This document shows, piece by piece, positions 8,854 to 18,629 of a DNA stretch of 64,000 bases; position 1 is the stretch's first letter; each line of letters opens with the position of its first letter. The DNA comes from a virus. The stretch lies in the IMG/VR virus record IMGVR_UViG_3300036766_000416, positions 96,001 through 160,000 of that record; one strand, 5' to 3'. The position numbers and the translations under genes are program-made. Below the pieces are notes generated by a model, which saw only the letters and a program-made list of their open reading frames with translations, was not told where the DNA came from and did not search any database.

Positions 8854-10200
8854 ATGACCATGTTTTTATCAGAGAACCTAGAGAAAAAGTGGGCAGCCGT
8901 CCTCGACCACGAGGGTTTGCCTAAGATCACTGACAAGTACCGACGCGCGGTCACCGCAGTCGTACTGGAGAATATGGAAGTCGCCCTCAAGGCGGAATCC
9001 AGAATGCTCAACGAAGCAGCCCCAATCAACGCAACAGGCGGTGGTTTGACGGGTGCAGCGACCGCAACGGGACCGATGGCGGGATATGACCCCATCCTCA
9101 TCTCGTTGGTTCGTCGTTCACTCCCCAACCTCATTGCTTACGACGTATGCGGTGTTCAGCCGATGACCGGTCCTACTGGACTGATCTTCGCTATGCGTAC
9201 CGTCTATGCCAACGCGGCACTGGGTCGTTTGGATGAAGCATTCTACAACGAAGCCAACACAGGTTGGTCTGGTGCACAAGCAGCTCAGACAGCCTTGACA
9301 CTCACTGCCTCGGGTAACACCGCGGTGGTTTTTCAGACACCAGTGAATCCTGGAGTGGGTATGTCTACGGCCGCAGCGGAAGGTTTGGGTGCCTCGGGTA
9401 ACAACGCATTCCAAGAAATGGCCTTCTCAATCGAGAAAGTCACCGTCACAGCAGTCACCCGTGCATTGAAGGCTGAATACAGTCTTGAACTCGCACAGGA
9501 CTTGAAGGCTGTTCACGGATTGGATGCAGAGACCGAGTTGTCGAACATCCTCTCAGCCGAAGTGCTCTCAGAAATCAACCGCGAAGTCATTCGCTCCATC
9601 TACTCGATTGCTCGCGTGGGATGCCAAGTGGGTACCACCGCAGTCGGAACCTTCGACCTCGACACTGACTCCAACGGACGTTGGATGGTGGAAAAGATCA
9701 AGGGCTTGGGCTTCCAGCTTGAGCGTGAAGCGAACACCATCGCCAAGACGACTCGTCGTGGCAAGGGCAACGTGGTCATCTGCTCGTCAGATGTCGCGTC
9801 AGCGTTTGCTATCGCCGGATTGCTTGACTACGCAAGTGCCTTAGCAGGCAATGTGAACCTCAATGTTGACGACACAGGCAACACCTACGCAGGTATGCTC
9901 TTGGGTCGCTTCAAGGTCTACATTGACCCCTACTTCCCAGTGTCACAGTCACAGGAGTTTGTGGTTGTCGGATACAAGGGATCGAACGCCTATGACGCAG
10001 GACTGTTCTACTGCCCATACGTTCCTCTCCAGATGGTCCGTGCCATTGACACCAACACCTTCCAGCCGAAAATCGGATTCAAAACCCGCTACGGCATCGT
10101 TGCGAACCCATTCGCTGAAGGTTTGACCCAGGGATCAGGTGCCTTGACGGTGCGCTCGAATAATTATTATCGCAGTTTTAAGATCGCTAATATTGCCTAA
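8854..10200 (+). CDS. gp23: Major capsid protein
   Basis: YDPILISLVRR, GVQPMTGPTGLIFAMR, RALKAEYSLELAQDLKAVHGLDAE.EL.NIL, FQPKIGFKTRYG; gp21-type cleavage site LNE|A near the N-terminus. Confidence 0.99.
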   Translation: MTMFLSENLEKKWAAVLDHEGLPKITDKYRRAVTAVVLENMEVALKAESRMLNEAAPINATGGGLTGAATATGPMAGYDPILISLVRRSLPNLIAYDVCGVQPMTGPTGLIFAMRTVYANAALGRLDEAFYNEANTGWSGAQAAQTALTLTASGNTAVVFQTPVNPGVGMSTAAAEGLGASGNNAFQEMAFSIEKVTVTAVTRALKAEYSLELAQDLKAVHGLDAETELSNILSAEVLSEINREVIRSIYSIARVGCQVGTTAVGTFDLDTDSNGRWMVEKIKGLGFQLEREANTIAKTTRRGKGNVVICSSDVASAFAIAGLLDYASALAGNVNLNVDDTGNTYAGMLLGRFKVYIDPYFPVSQSQEFVVVGYKGSNAYDAGLFYCPYVPLQMVRAIDTNTFQPKIGFKTRYGIVANPFAEGLTQGSGALTVRSNNYYRSFKIANIA

Positions 10201-10250
10201 TCGCCAATATTGTGTAATTGAAACTACGTAGGCTCGTGACAGACAGGATT

Positions 10251-10282
10251 GGGGGTTCCGAAAGGGACCCCCTTTCTTTTTC
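10251..10282 (+). terminator. Intrinsic terminator after gp23
   Basis: GGGGGTTCC-GAAA-GGGACCCCC followed by TTTCTTTTTT. Confidence 0.9.
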
Positions 10283-10285
10283 TCT

Positions 10286-10314
10286 TGACATTCCCTACAA
10301 ACTCCTGTATAATG
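10286..10314 (+). promoter_or_regulatory. Sigma70-type promoter
   Basis: Perfect TTGACA-N17-TATAAT. Confidence 0.85.
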
Positions 10315-10318
10315 AACT

Positions 10319-10510
10319 ATGCTTACTGACACCACCAACAGCTACGGGGTCATCTACACGATCACCAACCTTGTCAATCACAAGGTCTATGTGGGTCAAA
10401 CCAAGACCCCCAAGCTTCGCTATAGACAACACCTCCAAGAGCGATCCAATCGCCCGGTCGCATCACAAAGGCTATTCTTGCAGGAGGTCTTGACAATCCC
10501 TCCTAAATAG
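10319..10510 (+). pseudogene. Internally deleted GIY-YIG homing endonuclease remnant
   Basis: GVIYTITNLVNHKVYVGQT...RYRQH N-terminus. Another frame then reads SHHKGYSCRRS-stop (TGA 10491-10493), like the C-termini of intact paralogues. Confidence 0.75.
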
Positions 10511-10591
10511 TGCTATCATGTATCACTCAGGTCTCAAAGGTCGCCTGTAGACCCTCTGTGTTCGTTCTGGGGGTATCCCTGAAGGAGTTTC

Positions 10592-10831
10592 ATGGTTCTT
10601 CATTTCTTTCTCTGGCTCGCATTGATTCCCATTGGTTTTGGGGCAGTTTCTACAAGCAAAATGGAGCATCACCTCGTCAACCAGTTTGGCCCAGATTATG
10701 AGACAATGGAAGAGTGTGAATTGGAAGCCTCAAGAATTCTCCGTGAGATGCAACTTTCGTACCCAGATGATAAGACCATGTATACCTACTGCACTGATAC
10801 CAAGAAACCAATCATGAAGGAGAATCTATAA
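10592..10831 (+). CDS. Small membrane-anchored or exported hypothetical protein
   Basis: GGAG SD, hydrophobic N-terminus, two Cys residues (ECE...YC). Confidence 0.6.
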   Translation: MVLHFFLWLALIPIGFGAVSTSKMEHHLVNQFGPDYETMEECELEASRILREMQLSYPDDKTMYTYCTDTKKPIMKENL

Positions 10832-10832
10832 T

Positions 10833-11366
10833 ATGTCGCTACCCAGCATACCCCACACCCCGGCCAACCCGAACCTGATGCACCCCAACAAGTTCGTGGT
10901 GACCTTTGTGTCGCTACCGAACGTCGAATACTGGGTACAGTCAGCGAACCTTCCGGGTCTCTCACTGGGGGAAGCACCTCGACAGACCCCGTTCATTGAC
11001 CTTTATTCACCCGGTGACAAGTTGATCATCAACCCCTTTTCGTTTACCTTCCTGGTTGACGAGGACCTCTTTGGTTGGAAAGAAATCTATACCTGGATGC
11101 GCGGCATGACATTCCCCAAAGACTTTACCGAGTACCGTGACCTCAACAAACGACCAGGTACCTTTGGGGCCGTGATGCCACAATTCTCTGATGCCACATT
11201 GACGATCCTGGACTCCAAGCAGAACCCACAGATTCGTGTCAAATATTTTAATTGCTTTCCCATCACCCTTACCGACCTGCTGTTCTCAGCGACCTCAACA
11301 CCCGATGACCCCGTGACGGCTGATTGTACCGTACGTTTCGATTTGTACGAAATTGAGAATTGTTGA
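10833..11366 (+). CDS. gp3: Tail completion / sheath stabilizer
   Basis: NPN...PNKF, VEYWVQSANLPGLSLG, PGDKL...F.F.FLVDEDL, SDATLTIL, F.NCFP..L. Confidence 0.85.
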   Translation: MSLPSIPHTPANPNLMHPNKFVVTFVSLPNVEYWVQSANLPGLSLGEAPRQTPFIDLYSPGDKLIINPFSFTFLVDEDLFGWKEIYTWMRGMTFPKDFTEYRDLNKRPGTFGAVMPQFSDATLTILDSKQNPQIRVKYFNCFPITLTDLLFSATSTPDDPVTADCTVRFDLYEIENC

Positions 11367-11992
11367 TGTATATTATTTACCAAATGATCAATACAATCAA
11401 CTCAAAAGACTACATAGGGTTTACCACCACGTCTGTTGAAGAACGATGGAGTCAACACAAATCATCGGCAAAACACGGCGCCAGAAACCACTTTCATGAT
11501 GCAATTAAGAAACATGGGCCCGATGTATGGATGCACAGAATCTTATGTTGGGGCGAAGACCACGATTCTGGCCTAAGGATTGCTGAACCTTTGATGATAG
11601 AAATTTTCAAACCTAAATATAACGAAACTAAAGGTGGTGAGGGGGTGCTTGGCTACAAACCATCTCCAGAAGCCAACGCCGAGCGTTCCGCTCGCATGAC
11701 GGGAATAACTAAGGGTCCCTATTCACCAGAACACTGCCAGCGTATTTCCGAGTCATTACGGGGTAACAAGAATTGTCAGGGCAAGAAGAATGCCATGGGG
11801 CACCGCTGGTCTATTGGGCAAAAAGCAAAAAAGTCTCACAAATGGGAAATCATATCTCCCACTGGAGAAATATCACAAATTGTCAATCTAAGAGAATTCT
11901 GCCGCAATAACGGTTTGAACAACGGTCACATGGTCCAAGTGGCCAAAGGTCGTGTAACTCACCATAAACAATGGACTTGCCGAAAAATTTAG
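11360..11992 (+). CDS. GIY-YIG (Seg-like) homing endonuclease
   Basis: YIIYQMINTINSKDYIGFT...RWSQH...AIKKHG; YNETKGGEG; C-terminal WEIISPTG..I.NL..FC...HHKQWTC module. Confidence 0.85.
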   Translation: MLMYIIYQMINTINSKDYIGFTTTSVEERWSQHKSSAKHGARNHFHDAIKKHGPDVWMHRILCWGEDHDSGLRIAEPLMIEIFKPKYNETKGGEGVLGYKPSPEANAERSARMTGITKGPYSPEHCQRISESLRGNKNCQGKKNAMGHRWSIGQKAKKSHKWEIISPTGEISQIVNLREFCRNNGLNNGHMVQVAKGRVTHHKQWTCRKI

Positions 11993-12021
11993 TTGACAAC
12001 CCTCTGATACTCTGTTATAAT
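11993..12021 (+). promoter_or_regulatory. Sigma70-type promoter for uvsY (extended -10)
   Basis: TTGACA-N17-TATAAT with a TGn extension; ATG lies 8 nt downstream with no SD. Confidence 0.8.
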
Positions 12022-12028
12022 ACTCGTC

Positions 12029-12493
12029 ATGATCCTCGACACTTCTCACCCATCAACTGCCCAGGTCGACGCACTCTTGACTGAGTGGCAAAAAGACTCG
12101 GCCCTTAATCGCCTGGAGCCATCTGCGGAACTCCAAAAAATAGGTTCTCTACACTCCAAATATCTATTGATCCTTAGTGCCCACAGACGAACCTTCCAAG
12201 AGGGAGAACGAAGGGTGTTCAAACTTAGGCGACTCAAATATGAATATTACTCAGGACGACTCGATAAAGACACCTTGGACAAATATGGGTGGCCACCATT
12301 CCCATATACACTCAAGGGTGACCTCAACACTTATCTCGATTCCGACAAAGATTTACTAAACGCAAAAATAGTTCAAAACATCCACGAAGAAATCGTGGAC
12401 ATTTGTGAGAGAATTCTCAAGGAACTAGGGTCAAGAACATTCGCTCTCCGCGACATCATAAAATGGGAAATGTTTATACAGGGTACCCACTGA
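12029..12493 (+). CDS. uvsY: Recombination mediator UvsY
   Basis: EWQKDS, LHSKYL, KYEYYSGR, P.P..L..DL..YLDSD.DL, WE.F..G; adjacent to uvsW. Confidence 0.88.
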   Translation: MILDTSHPSTAQVDALLTEWQKDSALNRLEPSAELQKIGSLHSKYLLILSAHRRTFQEGERRVFKLRRLKYEYYSGRLDKDTLDKYGWPPFPYTLKGDLNTYLDSDKDLLNAKIVQNIHEEIVDICERILKELGSRTFALRDIIKWEMFIQGTH

Positions 12494-13971
12494 TGGAACA
12501 GATCACCCTTACCAAATTCAACGAGGCCTTTGTCAAGTTTGACTGTGAACGAGGTGTGGGGCAGGAAATTTGGGACTTCTTTTCATTCTATGTACCTGGG
12601 TTTCAATACATGCCCGCGTTCAAGAAGAAATTTTGGGACGGCAAGATGCACCTGGCAAACCTCCAGACACACACAATCCCAGGTGGTCTGGTAGGATACC
12701 TCAAGACATTCGCCGAGGAACGACAGTATCGCCTGGTCATTGACGAATCCATCTTACTGACCACAAGCTTTTCGTTAGCGGAGGCACAAGCATTCGCGGA
12801 TTCTTTGAGACTACCTCATGTGCCCAGAGATTATCAGATCGAAGCCTTTGCGAAGAGTATTCGAAATCGTCGGTTACTCGTGGTCAGTCCAACGGCATCG
12901 GGCAAATCGTTGATCATCTATCTAATCGTTCGGCACCTCCACCTCACACACCTCAAAGGTTTGGTGATTGTCCCGACGACCTCACTGGTCGAACAACTGT
13001 TTGGTGACTTCAAGGCCTATGGGTGGGACTCTGACAGGTATGTGCATCGCATTTATTCGGGAAAAGAGAAACACACGAATCATTTTTTGACGATTTCAAC
13101 ATGGCAATCACTACACCGACAAGGACCCGAGTACCTCAAGCAATTTAATTTTGTGGTCGGTGACGAAGCGCACCAGTTCAAAGCGAAATCTTTGACAGAC
13201 ATCATGGGGAACCTCACGAATGCTGACGTCCGAATCGGCACCACAGGTACACTGGATGGCGCCAAGGTCCATAAGCTGGTCCTCGAAGGTCACTTTGGTC
13301 CAGTATTTCAAACAGTAACCACCAAAGAACTGATGACCTCTGGACACCTCGCAAACCTCACGATCAAGTGTCTGGTACTCAAGTACCCCAAAGAGGTCTG
13401 CGCTCAACTACGAAAGTCCACGTACCCCGAAGAGTATGAGGCCGTTGTCCAGCACCTAGCGCGAGCAAAGTTTGTTCGAAACCTTGCGTTATCATTGAAA
13501 GGAAACACCCTGATTCTCTTTCAACTCGTCAAGAAACATGGGCGTCCCCTCTATGAGGACATTGCAAGTCACATAGTAGACGGTCGCTCGGCGTTTTTTG
13601 TTCATGGTGGTGTGGAAACCGAGGACCGTGAATCAATTCGTAAGATCACTGAGGAGGGTGAGAACGTCATTGTGGTCGCTTCCTATGGGACCTTTAGCAC
13701 GGGTATCAACATCAAGAATCTCCATAACGTGATCTTTGCTGCGCCGTCCAAGTCCAAGATTCGGAACCTTCAATCTATTGGTCGAGGTCTTCGCACAACA
13801 GACAGCAAGACTCAAGCGACGTTGTTTGACATTGTGGACGACCTTCGCATCGGGAAACACCAGAACTTCTTGCTCAAACATTTTATAATACGCACACAGA
13901 TTTACCATGATGAGAAATTCTCATTTCAACAATACCTGATCGACCTGAAGGGACCTGATGCCACACGATAA
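12493..13971 (+). CDS. uvsW: SF2 DNA helicase UvsW
   Basis: WDGK..L, PRDYQ, SPTASGKS, GDEAH, GTTGTL, ASYGTFSTGINIKNLHNVIFAAPSKSKIRNLQSIGRGLR. Confidence 0.96.
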   Translation: MEQITLTKFNEAFVKFDCERGVGQEIWDFFSFYVPGFQYMPAFKKKFWDGKMHLANLQTHTIPGGLVGYLKTFAEERQYRLVIDESILLTTSFSLAEAQAFADSLRLPHVPRDYQIEAFAKSIRNRRLLVVSPTASGKSLIIYLIVRHLHLTHLKGLVIVPTTSLVEQLFGDFKAYGWDSDRYVHRIYSGKEKHTNHFLTISTWQSLHRQGPEYLKQFNFVVGDEAHQFKAKSLTDIMGNLTNADVRIGTTGTLDGAKVHKLVLEGHFGPVFQTVTTKELMTSGHLANLTIKCLVLKYPKEVCAQLRKSTYPEEYEAVVQHLARAKFVRNLALSLKGNTLILFQLVKKHGRPLYEDIASHIVDGRSAFFVHGGVETEDRESIRKITEEGENVIVVASYGTFSTGINIKNLHNVIFAAPSKSKIRNLQSIGRGLRTTDSKTQATLFDIVDDLRIGKHQNFLLKHFIIRTQIYHDEKFSFQQYLIDLKGPDATR

Positions 13972-14419
13972 CATTCGTATGTTTTTGCTGACCAACAACG
14001 ACCTGGTCATTGCTGACGTGTTCGACACCAGTACCGACACCGTAAACCTTAACATGCCGGCTGTGGTCCTCTCCAATCGCATACCACAAGGTGACCTAGG
14101 GTTTATCATTCTGCCCTGGCAGCCCTTTGAATTGCTGGACAGCACCATCATGGTCCTGTCACGAACCAAGAATGTTTTCTGTGACCTACTACCCAGTCCA
14201 GGATTGATAGAATACTACCGGTCCTGGAAGCACAATGAAGAGGATAAGCGCAACAAATTCTCAAAACGTCTTGCTGAACAACTCCAGCAGATCACCAAGC
14301 TCACCAACATGAGGCACCATGAGATGGTCGCGGGTGATAGCTACGAGGATTTTACGGCTGCTGTCAATGAGAAATTTGAACACGACACCGAGTGGGGCGA
14401 TCCGTCAGCTAACAACTAA
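13958..14419 (+). CDS. Hypothetical protein between uvsW and gp55
   Basis: Intact 153-aa ORF overlapping the end of uvsW. Confidence 0.7.
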   Translation: MPHDNIRMFLLTNNDLVIADVFDTSTDTVNLNMPAVVLSNRIPQGDLGFIILPWQPFELLDSTIMVLSRTKNVFCDLLPSPGLIEYYRSWKHNEEDKRNKFSKRLAEQLQQITKLTNMRHHEMVAGDSYEDFTAAVNEKFEHDTEWGDPSANN

Positions 14420-14435
14420 TGACTGGAATCACATT

Positions 14436-14999
14436 ATGGCGACGAAAACAACTGAGTATGTCAATAATGCCACGCTTTTGCAGGAATTGGTGGCCCACAG
14501 AAAGGCTATACGGAAGGCCAAGAGGAATAAGCAAGAACCTCCGTTGCTCAATGACTACATTGGCACCTGCTTTCTCAAGATTGCGGACCACATGTCACGC
14601 AAACCCAGGTTTCTCTATTACAGTTTTCGCCAAGATATGATTTCAGAAGCCGTGGAATTGTGTGTGCGCTATGTGAATAATTTTGACCCAGCGAAGTCCA
14701 AGAACCCGTTTGCGTATTTTACCCAGATCACGTACCATGCGTTTTTCCATCGGATCAACAAAGAGCGCAAGCAACTCTACCTGAGGTACAAATCGACAGA
14801 ATTGTTGGGGTTACTCCAGGGCACCGCGCTCCACGATACCAAAGACCTTGGTATCGAACGTGCCAAGTCCTTCAAGGTCTATGAGAACATCAGCGATTTT
14901 ATTCAGACCTTTGAACAAAGTCGGAAGCAGAAAAAACGACGCAAAATTGTGAAGCCCACAACACGCGGTACCCTGAAGCATTTTATAGGAGATAAATAG
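14436..14999 (+). CDS. gp55: Late-transcription sigma factor
   Basis: EYVNNA.LL, YIG.CF.KIA..MS.KP.F..YS.R.DMIS, FDP.KSKNPFAYFTQI...AF..RI.KE.KQ. Confidence 0.96.
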   Translation: MATKTTEYVNNATLLQELVAHRKAIRKAKRNKQEPPLLNDYIGTCFLKIADHMSRKPRFLYYSFRQDMISEAVELCVRYVNNFDPAKSKNPFAYFTQITYHAFFHRINKERKQLYLRYKSTELLGLLQGTALHDTKDLGIERAKSFKVYENISDFIQTFEQSRKQKKRRKIVKPTTRGTLKHFIGDK

Positions 15000-15170
15000 G
15001 TGGCACTGAAACCAGAATTACAGAACCCAAAGCGGTCACAATTTGACCCCACTGAATCAGAGGCAAGACTGGCTTCCATTGAACAGACACTCGCAGATCA
15101 TGAACAACGTCTAGCAGTTGTCGAATCTTTTGTCTGGCGATTATTGAAACCTACACGGAGAACGGAATGA
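15000..15170 (+). CDS. Small hypothetical protein (56 aa, below the ORF-track cutoff)
   Basis: GTG at 15000 abuts the gp55 stop. The open frame reads ALKPELQNPKRSQFDPTESEARLASIEQTLADHEQRLAVVESFVWRLLKPTRRTE, and its TGA overlaps the gp47 ATG (ATGA). Confidence 0.6.
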   Translation: MALKPELQNPKRSQFDPTESEARLASIEQTLADHEQRLAVVESFVWRLLKPTRRTE

Positions 15171-16243
15171 AAATCGCATTGATCAATGACAGCCACTTCG
15201 GTGCGCGGGGCGAGAACCCTCACATCAACGAATATTTTCACCGGTTTTATCAGAACATCCTATTCCCATACCTCAAGGAACACGACATCAAAACCTTGGT
15301 CCATCTGGGTGATGTGGTAGACCGTAGAAAATTTATCAATTTTCAAATTTGGAACTCTTGGCGCACACGGGTCTTTGATCGTTTGCGGCGTGAAGGCATC
15401 ACGGTCCACATGCTCACGGGCAACCATGACACCTATTTTCGCAACACGAACGATGTCAACGCACTGGATGAACTCCTGGGTGGCTACACCAACATCAAAA
15501 TTTATACCGAAGCTTGCGACGTGGTCTTCGATGGTCTCACAGTTACGATGGTGCCCTGGATCAACAGTGGGAACCTTGAACGGACCTTGGACTACCTCAA
15601 GCACACCACATCTCAGATCATCTTTGGACACCTGGAAATTTCAGGGTTTGAAATGGACCGTGGCAACGTCTGCCAGACTGGGTTGACCAGAGAGGTGTTT
15701 GACAAGTTTGATATGGTCCTTAGTGGACACTTCCATCACAAGTCCAGCGATGGTACCATTTATTACCTGGGCAACCAAGTGGAGATTACCTGGGCAGACT
15801 ATGGCGACAAGCGAGGGTTCCATGTGTTCGATACGGATACTCGTGACCTGACGTTCATCGAGAACCCCGATCACCTGTTCTATCGGCTGACCTACGATGA
15901 CAGTATCCAGAATTTTGAGTATTGGAAGCACCAAGACTTCAGTGCCTATGCGAACTCGTATGTCAAGATGGTGGTCACACGCAAGCAGAACCCCTATCTA
16001 TTCGATACGGTCATGGACCAACTCTACAAGGTCACCCCCATCGACGTCACCGTTGTTGAGGACTACACCGAACAGGTGATTGGCGAACAGCACGAACTTG
16101 ACCAAGCAGAAGACACAATCACCATCATTCAGAAATGTGTGGACACCATGAAACTCGAAAACCATGTGCAACCAGCGGCCCTCAAGCAATTGCTCCAAGA
16201 ACTGTACGTCGAGGCCCTGAACACAGAAACGGCAATCCAATGA
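15167..16243 (+). CDS. gp47: Recombination nuclease (Mre11/SbcD-like)
   Basis: DSHFGAR, HLGDVVDRRK.IN, GNHD.YFRNTND, GHLEI.GF, SGHFHH. Confidence 0.96.
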   Translation: MKIALINDSHFGARGENPHINEYFHRFYQNILFPYLKEHDIKTLVHLGDVVDRRKFINFQIWNSWRTRVFDRLRREGITVHMLTGNHDTYFRNTNDVNALDELLGGYTNIKIYTEACDVVFDGLTVTMVPWINSGNLERTLDYLKHTTSQIIFGHLEISGFEMDRGNVCQTGLTREVFDKFDMVLSGHFHHKSSDGTIYYLGNQVEITWADYGDKRGFHVFDTDTRDLTFIENPDHLFYRLTYDDSIQNFEYWKHQDFSAYANSYVKMVVTRKQNPYLFDTVMDQLYKVTPIDVTVVEDYTEQVIGEQHELDQAEDTITIIQKCVDTMKLENHVQPAALKQLLQELYVEALNTETAIQ

Positions 16244-17952
16244 TTCGGTTTTTGTCTATTGAGTGGCGGAACATTCTCAGTACAGGGAACTACTACACCC
16301 ATATCGACCTCAACGCCTCTCAGAACACTCTCATTGTAGGTGAGAATGGGTCGGGGAAATCAACCATTTTAGATGCTCTGTGCTTTGCCCTTTACAACAA
16401 ACCCTTTCGGAACATCACCAAGCCGGCGTTGCTGAACTCCATCAACCAGAAGGAAGCTCTTGTCAAGGTAGAATTCACTACGGATAACCACACGTTCAAG
16501 ATTGTGCGGGGGATCAAGCCGAATGTGTTCGAAATTTTCAAGGACGGGGTGCTGCTGAACCAAGAGGCCGAAGCCAAGGATTACCAGGGGTACCTGGAAA
16601 AATTCATCCTCAAGCTGAATTACAAATCATTCACCCAGATCGTCATTCTGGGGTCCGCTTCGTTCACTCCCTTCATGCAGCTTTCTGCCTCAGACAGGCG
16701 AGCGATCATTGAGGACCTTCTGGACATTCAAATTTTCTCAGTGATGAACGGGTTGGTCAAAGAAAAGTTTTCGGGTATCTCATCACAGCGTAACGAAAAC
16801 AGACTCTTGATTGAGGGTGCCCACGAGAAGATTGCGATTCAGGAACGGTACCTCAATGAGATGCAGCAGGACCACGAGAAACTGATTCTTGAGTACCAGA
16901 AGGAACACCAGCAACACACCGAGGAAATCAATCGTCTGTCGGCCAACATCCTGGACTGCAAACATGCGATCAACACCCTATCCACCACGATTCTCGACAA
17001 ACCAAAGGTCGAAGCAGCCATCAAGAAAGTCACCCAGCTTGAGGCGCAAATCGAGAACGTATCGAGCAAGCACGTCAAGGCCGTTCAGTTCTTTGAAGCC
17101 CATGACAACTGCCCAACGTGTACCCAGGTGATCGATGCGACCTTCAAGACCGAGCACCTGGCACAACTGAACGACAAGATTGCCGAGTGTGCCAAGGGCC
17201 TCATGCAACTGGAAGAGAAGTTTCTGGTTCAACAAGCTCGGCTCACTGAGGTTCACGACACCGAAGCTCAGATCGACAAGAAGAAGCACGAGCTAGCCGT
17301 CGATACCACCACGGTGTCACAGATCAAGAAGTTCATTGGCAAACTCAACGAAAAAATCACGGGTTTACAAGGCACTCATCACTCCGTTGAACGCGAACAC
17401 GAACGCTTAGACACCCACCGTCAGGAACTTGGTCAGCTAGAGGAGACCAAGAAAACCTTGGTGGAGCAGTCGTCCTACTACGAGGTCGCTGGTAGTCTTC
17501 TCAAGGACACAGGTATTAAGACCAAAATTATTCGCCAGTACCTTCCGATCATCAACATGTTTGTCAACAAGCACCTGGCCCAGATGGACTTCTTTGTGAA
17601 CTTCAATCTGGATGACACGTTCAAAGAAACCATTAAGTCAAGACACCGAGATGAATTTACTTACCCATCTTTCTCGGAGGGTGAGAAACAACGTATCGAC
17701 ATGGCACTCATGTTGACATGGCGAGCAGTGGCCAAACTCAAAAACTCGGTGAACACAAACTTGTTGATACTGGATGAAATTTTCGATTCCTCAATGGATA
17801 CCACTGGGGCAGAGGAACTGATGAAGATACTACATGGTCTTGATACGGCCAACGTGTTTGTTATCTCACACCGCGGAGACATTCTTGGTGACAAATTTCA
17901 GCGAGTGATCAGGTTCCAGAAGAATCAAAACTTTAGCCATATTGTCAACTAA
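16240..17952 (+). CDS. gp46: Recombination ATPase (Rad50/SbcC-like)
   Basis: Walker A GENGSGKST, CPTC zinc hook, FSEGEK signature, LILDEIFDS. Confidence 0.97.
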   Translation: MIRFLSIEWRNILSTGNYYTHIDLNASQNTLIVGENGSGKSTILDALCFALYNKPFRNITKPALLNSINQKEALVKVEFTTDNHTFKIVRGIKPNVFEIFKDGVLLNQEAEAKDYQGYLEKFILKLNYKSFTQIVILGSASFTPFMQLSASDRRAIIEDLLDIQIFSVMNGLVKEKFSGISSQRNENRLLIEGAHEKIAIQERYLNEMQQDHEKLILEYQKEHQQHTEEINRLSANILDCKHAINTLSTTILDKPKVEAAIKKVTQLEAQIENVSSKHVKAVQFFEAHDNCPTCTQVIDATFKTEHLAQLNDKIAECAKGLMQLEEKFLVQQARLTEVHDTEAQIDKKKHELAVDTTTVSQIKKFIGKLNEKITGLQGTHHSVEREHERLDTHRQELGQLEETKKTLVEQSSYYEVAGSLLKDTGIKTKIIRQYLPIINMFVNKHLAQMDFFVNFNLDDTFKETIKSRHRDEFTYPSFSEGEKQRIDMALMLTWRAVAKLKNSVNTNLLILDEIFDSSMDTTGAEELMKILHGLDTANVFVISHRGDILGDKFQRVIRFQKNQNFSHIVN

Positions 17953-17963
17953 CGAGGTACCCC

Positions 17964-18623
17964 ATGAAAGAGTTTACCTACAATACATCGACACCCCCAA
18001 CCATCGTGCAGAAGAAGTATGACCCGCTACCTCTTTACAATGATAAGAATCCGATGCTCGCACAACGACAGGAGGCCATGGACCTCAATCCACTGCCTGT
18101 GGACCTCATCGAGACCTGTAACCGATTGCTGGCGACCATGAATCAGTATGGTGGCGTAGGTCTCGCTGCTCCTCAATGTGGGATACCCTTGAGGCTCTTT
18201 GTCATGACTGGTGGAATGGTGTGCATCAACCCTCGGATTCTCACAGCTTCTATTGAGACCCTACGCGAGAAAGAGGGGTGCCTCTCGTTTCCTGGACTCT
18301 ACCTACCTATTACACGGTCCAGGACCATTGAGGTCGAATACTTCAACGAGTTTGGTGTGCAGAAGCACGAGACATTTTCTGGTGCCACGGCGAAAGTCTT
18401 TCAACATGAGACCGATCACCTCAATGGCATTGTCTTTACGTCTCTGGTGGGAAACCTGACACTCCAGATGGCCAAGAAGAAAAAACAAAAGCTCTTCAAG
18501 CGCATGGAGCGCATTGTGGAGGTCAAGGAAATGCAGCGCAAGATGGCTGATCTGGTCAGCAAGAGCGCGATGGCCAAGGTGGCACCTCGTGCAGTTCAGG
18601 TTCAGTCAAACAGAGTGACATAG
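17964..18623 (+). CDS. def: Peptide deformylase
   Basis: All three motifs present: GVGLAAPQ, EGCLS, QHETDH. Confidence 0.95.
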   Translation: MKEFTYNTSTPPTIVQKKYDPLPLYNDKNPMLAQRQEAMDLNPLPVDLIETCNRLLATMNQYGGVGLAAPQCGIPLRLFVMTGGMVCINPRILTASIETLREKEGCLSFPGLYLPITRSRTIEVEYFNEFGVQKHETFSGATAKVFQHETDHLNGIVFTSLVGNLTLQMAKKKKQKLFKRMERIVEVKEMQRKMADLVSKSAMAKVAPRAVQVQSNRVT

Positions 18624-18629
18624 GGTGGC

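Noticed and set aside
3630-9414. Long antisense or alternate-frame ORFs over gp20, gp22 and gp23 (e.g. 3630-4133, 3745-4308, 8619-9134)
   Set aside because: Shadow ORFs of conserved genes with biased codon usage; no SDs or motifs.
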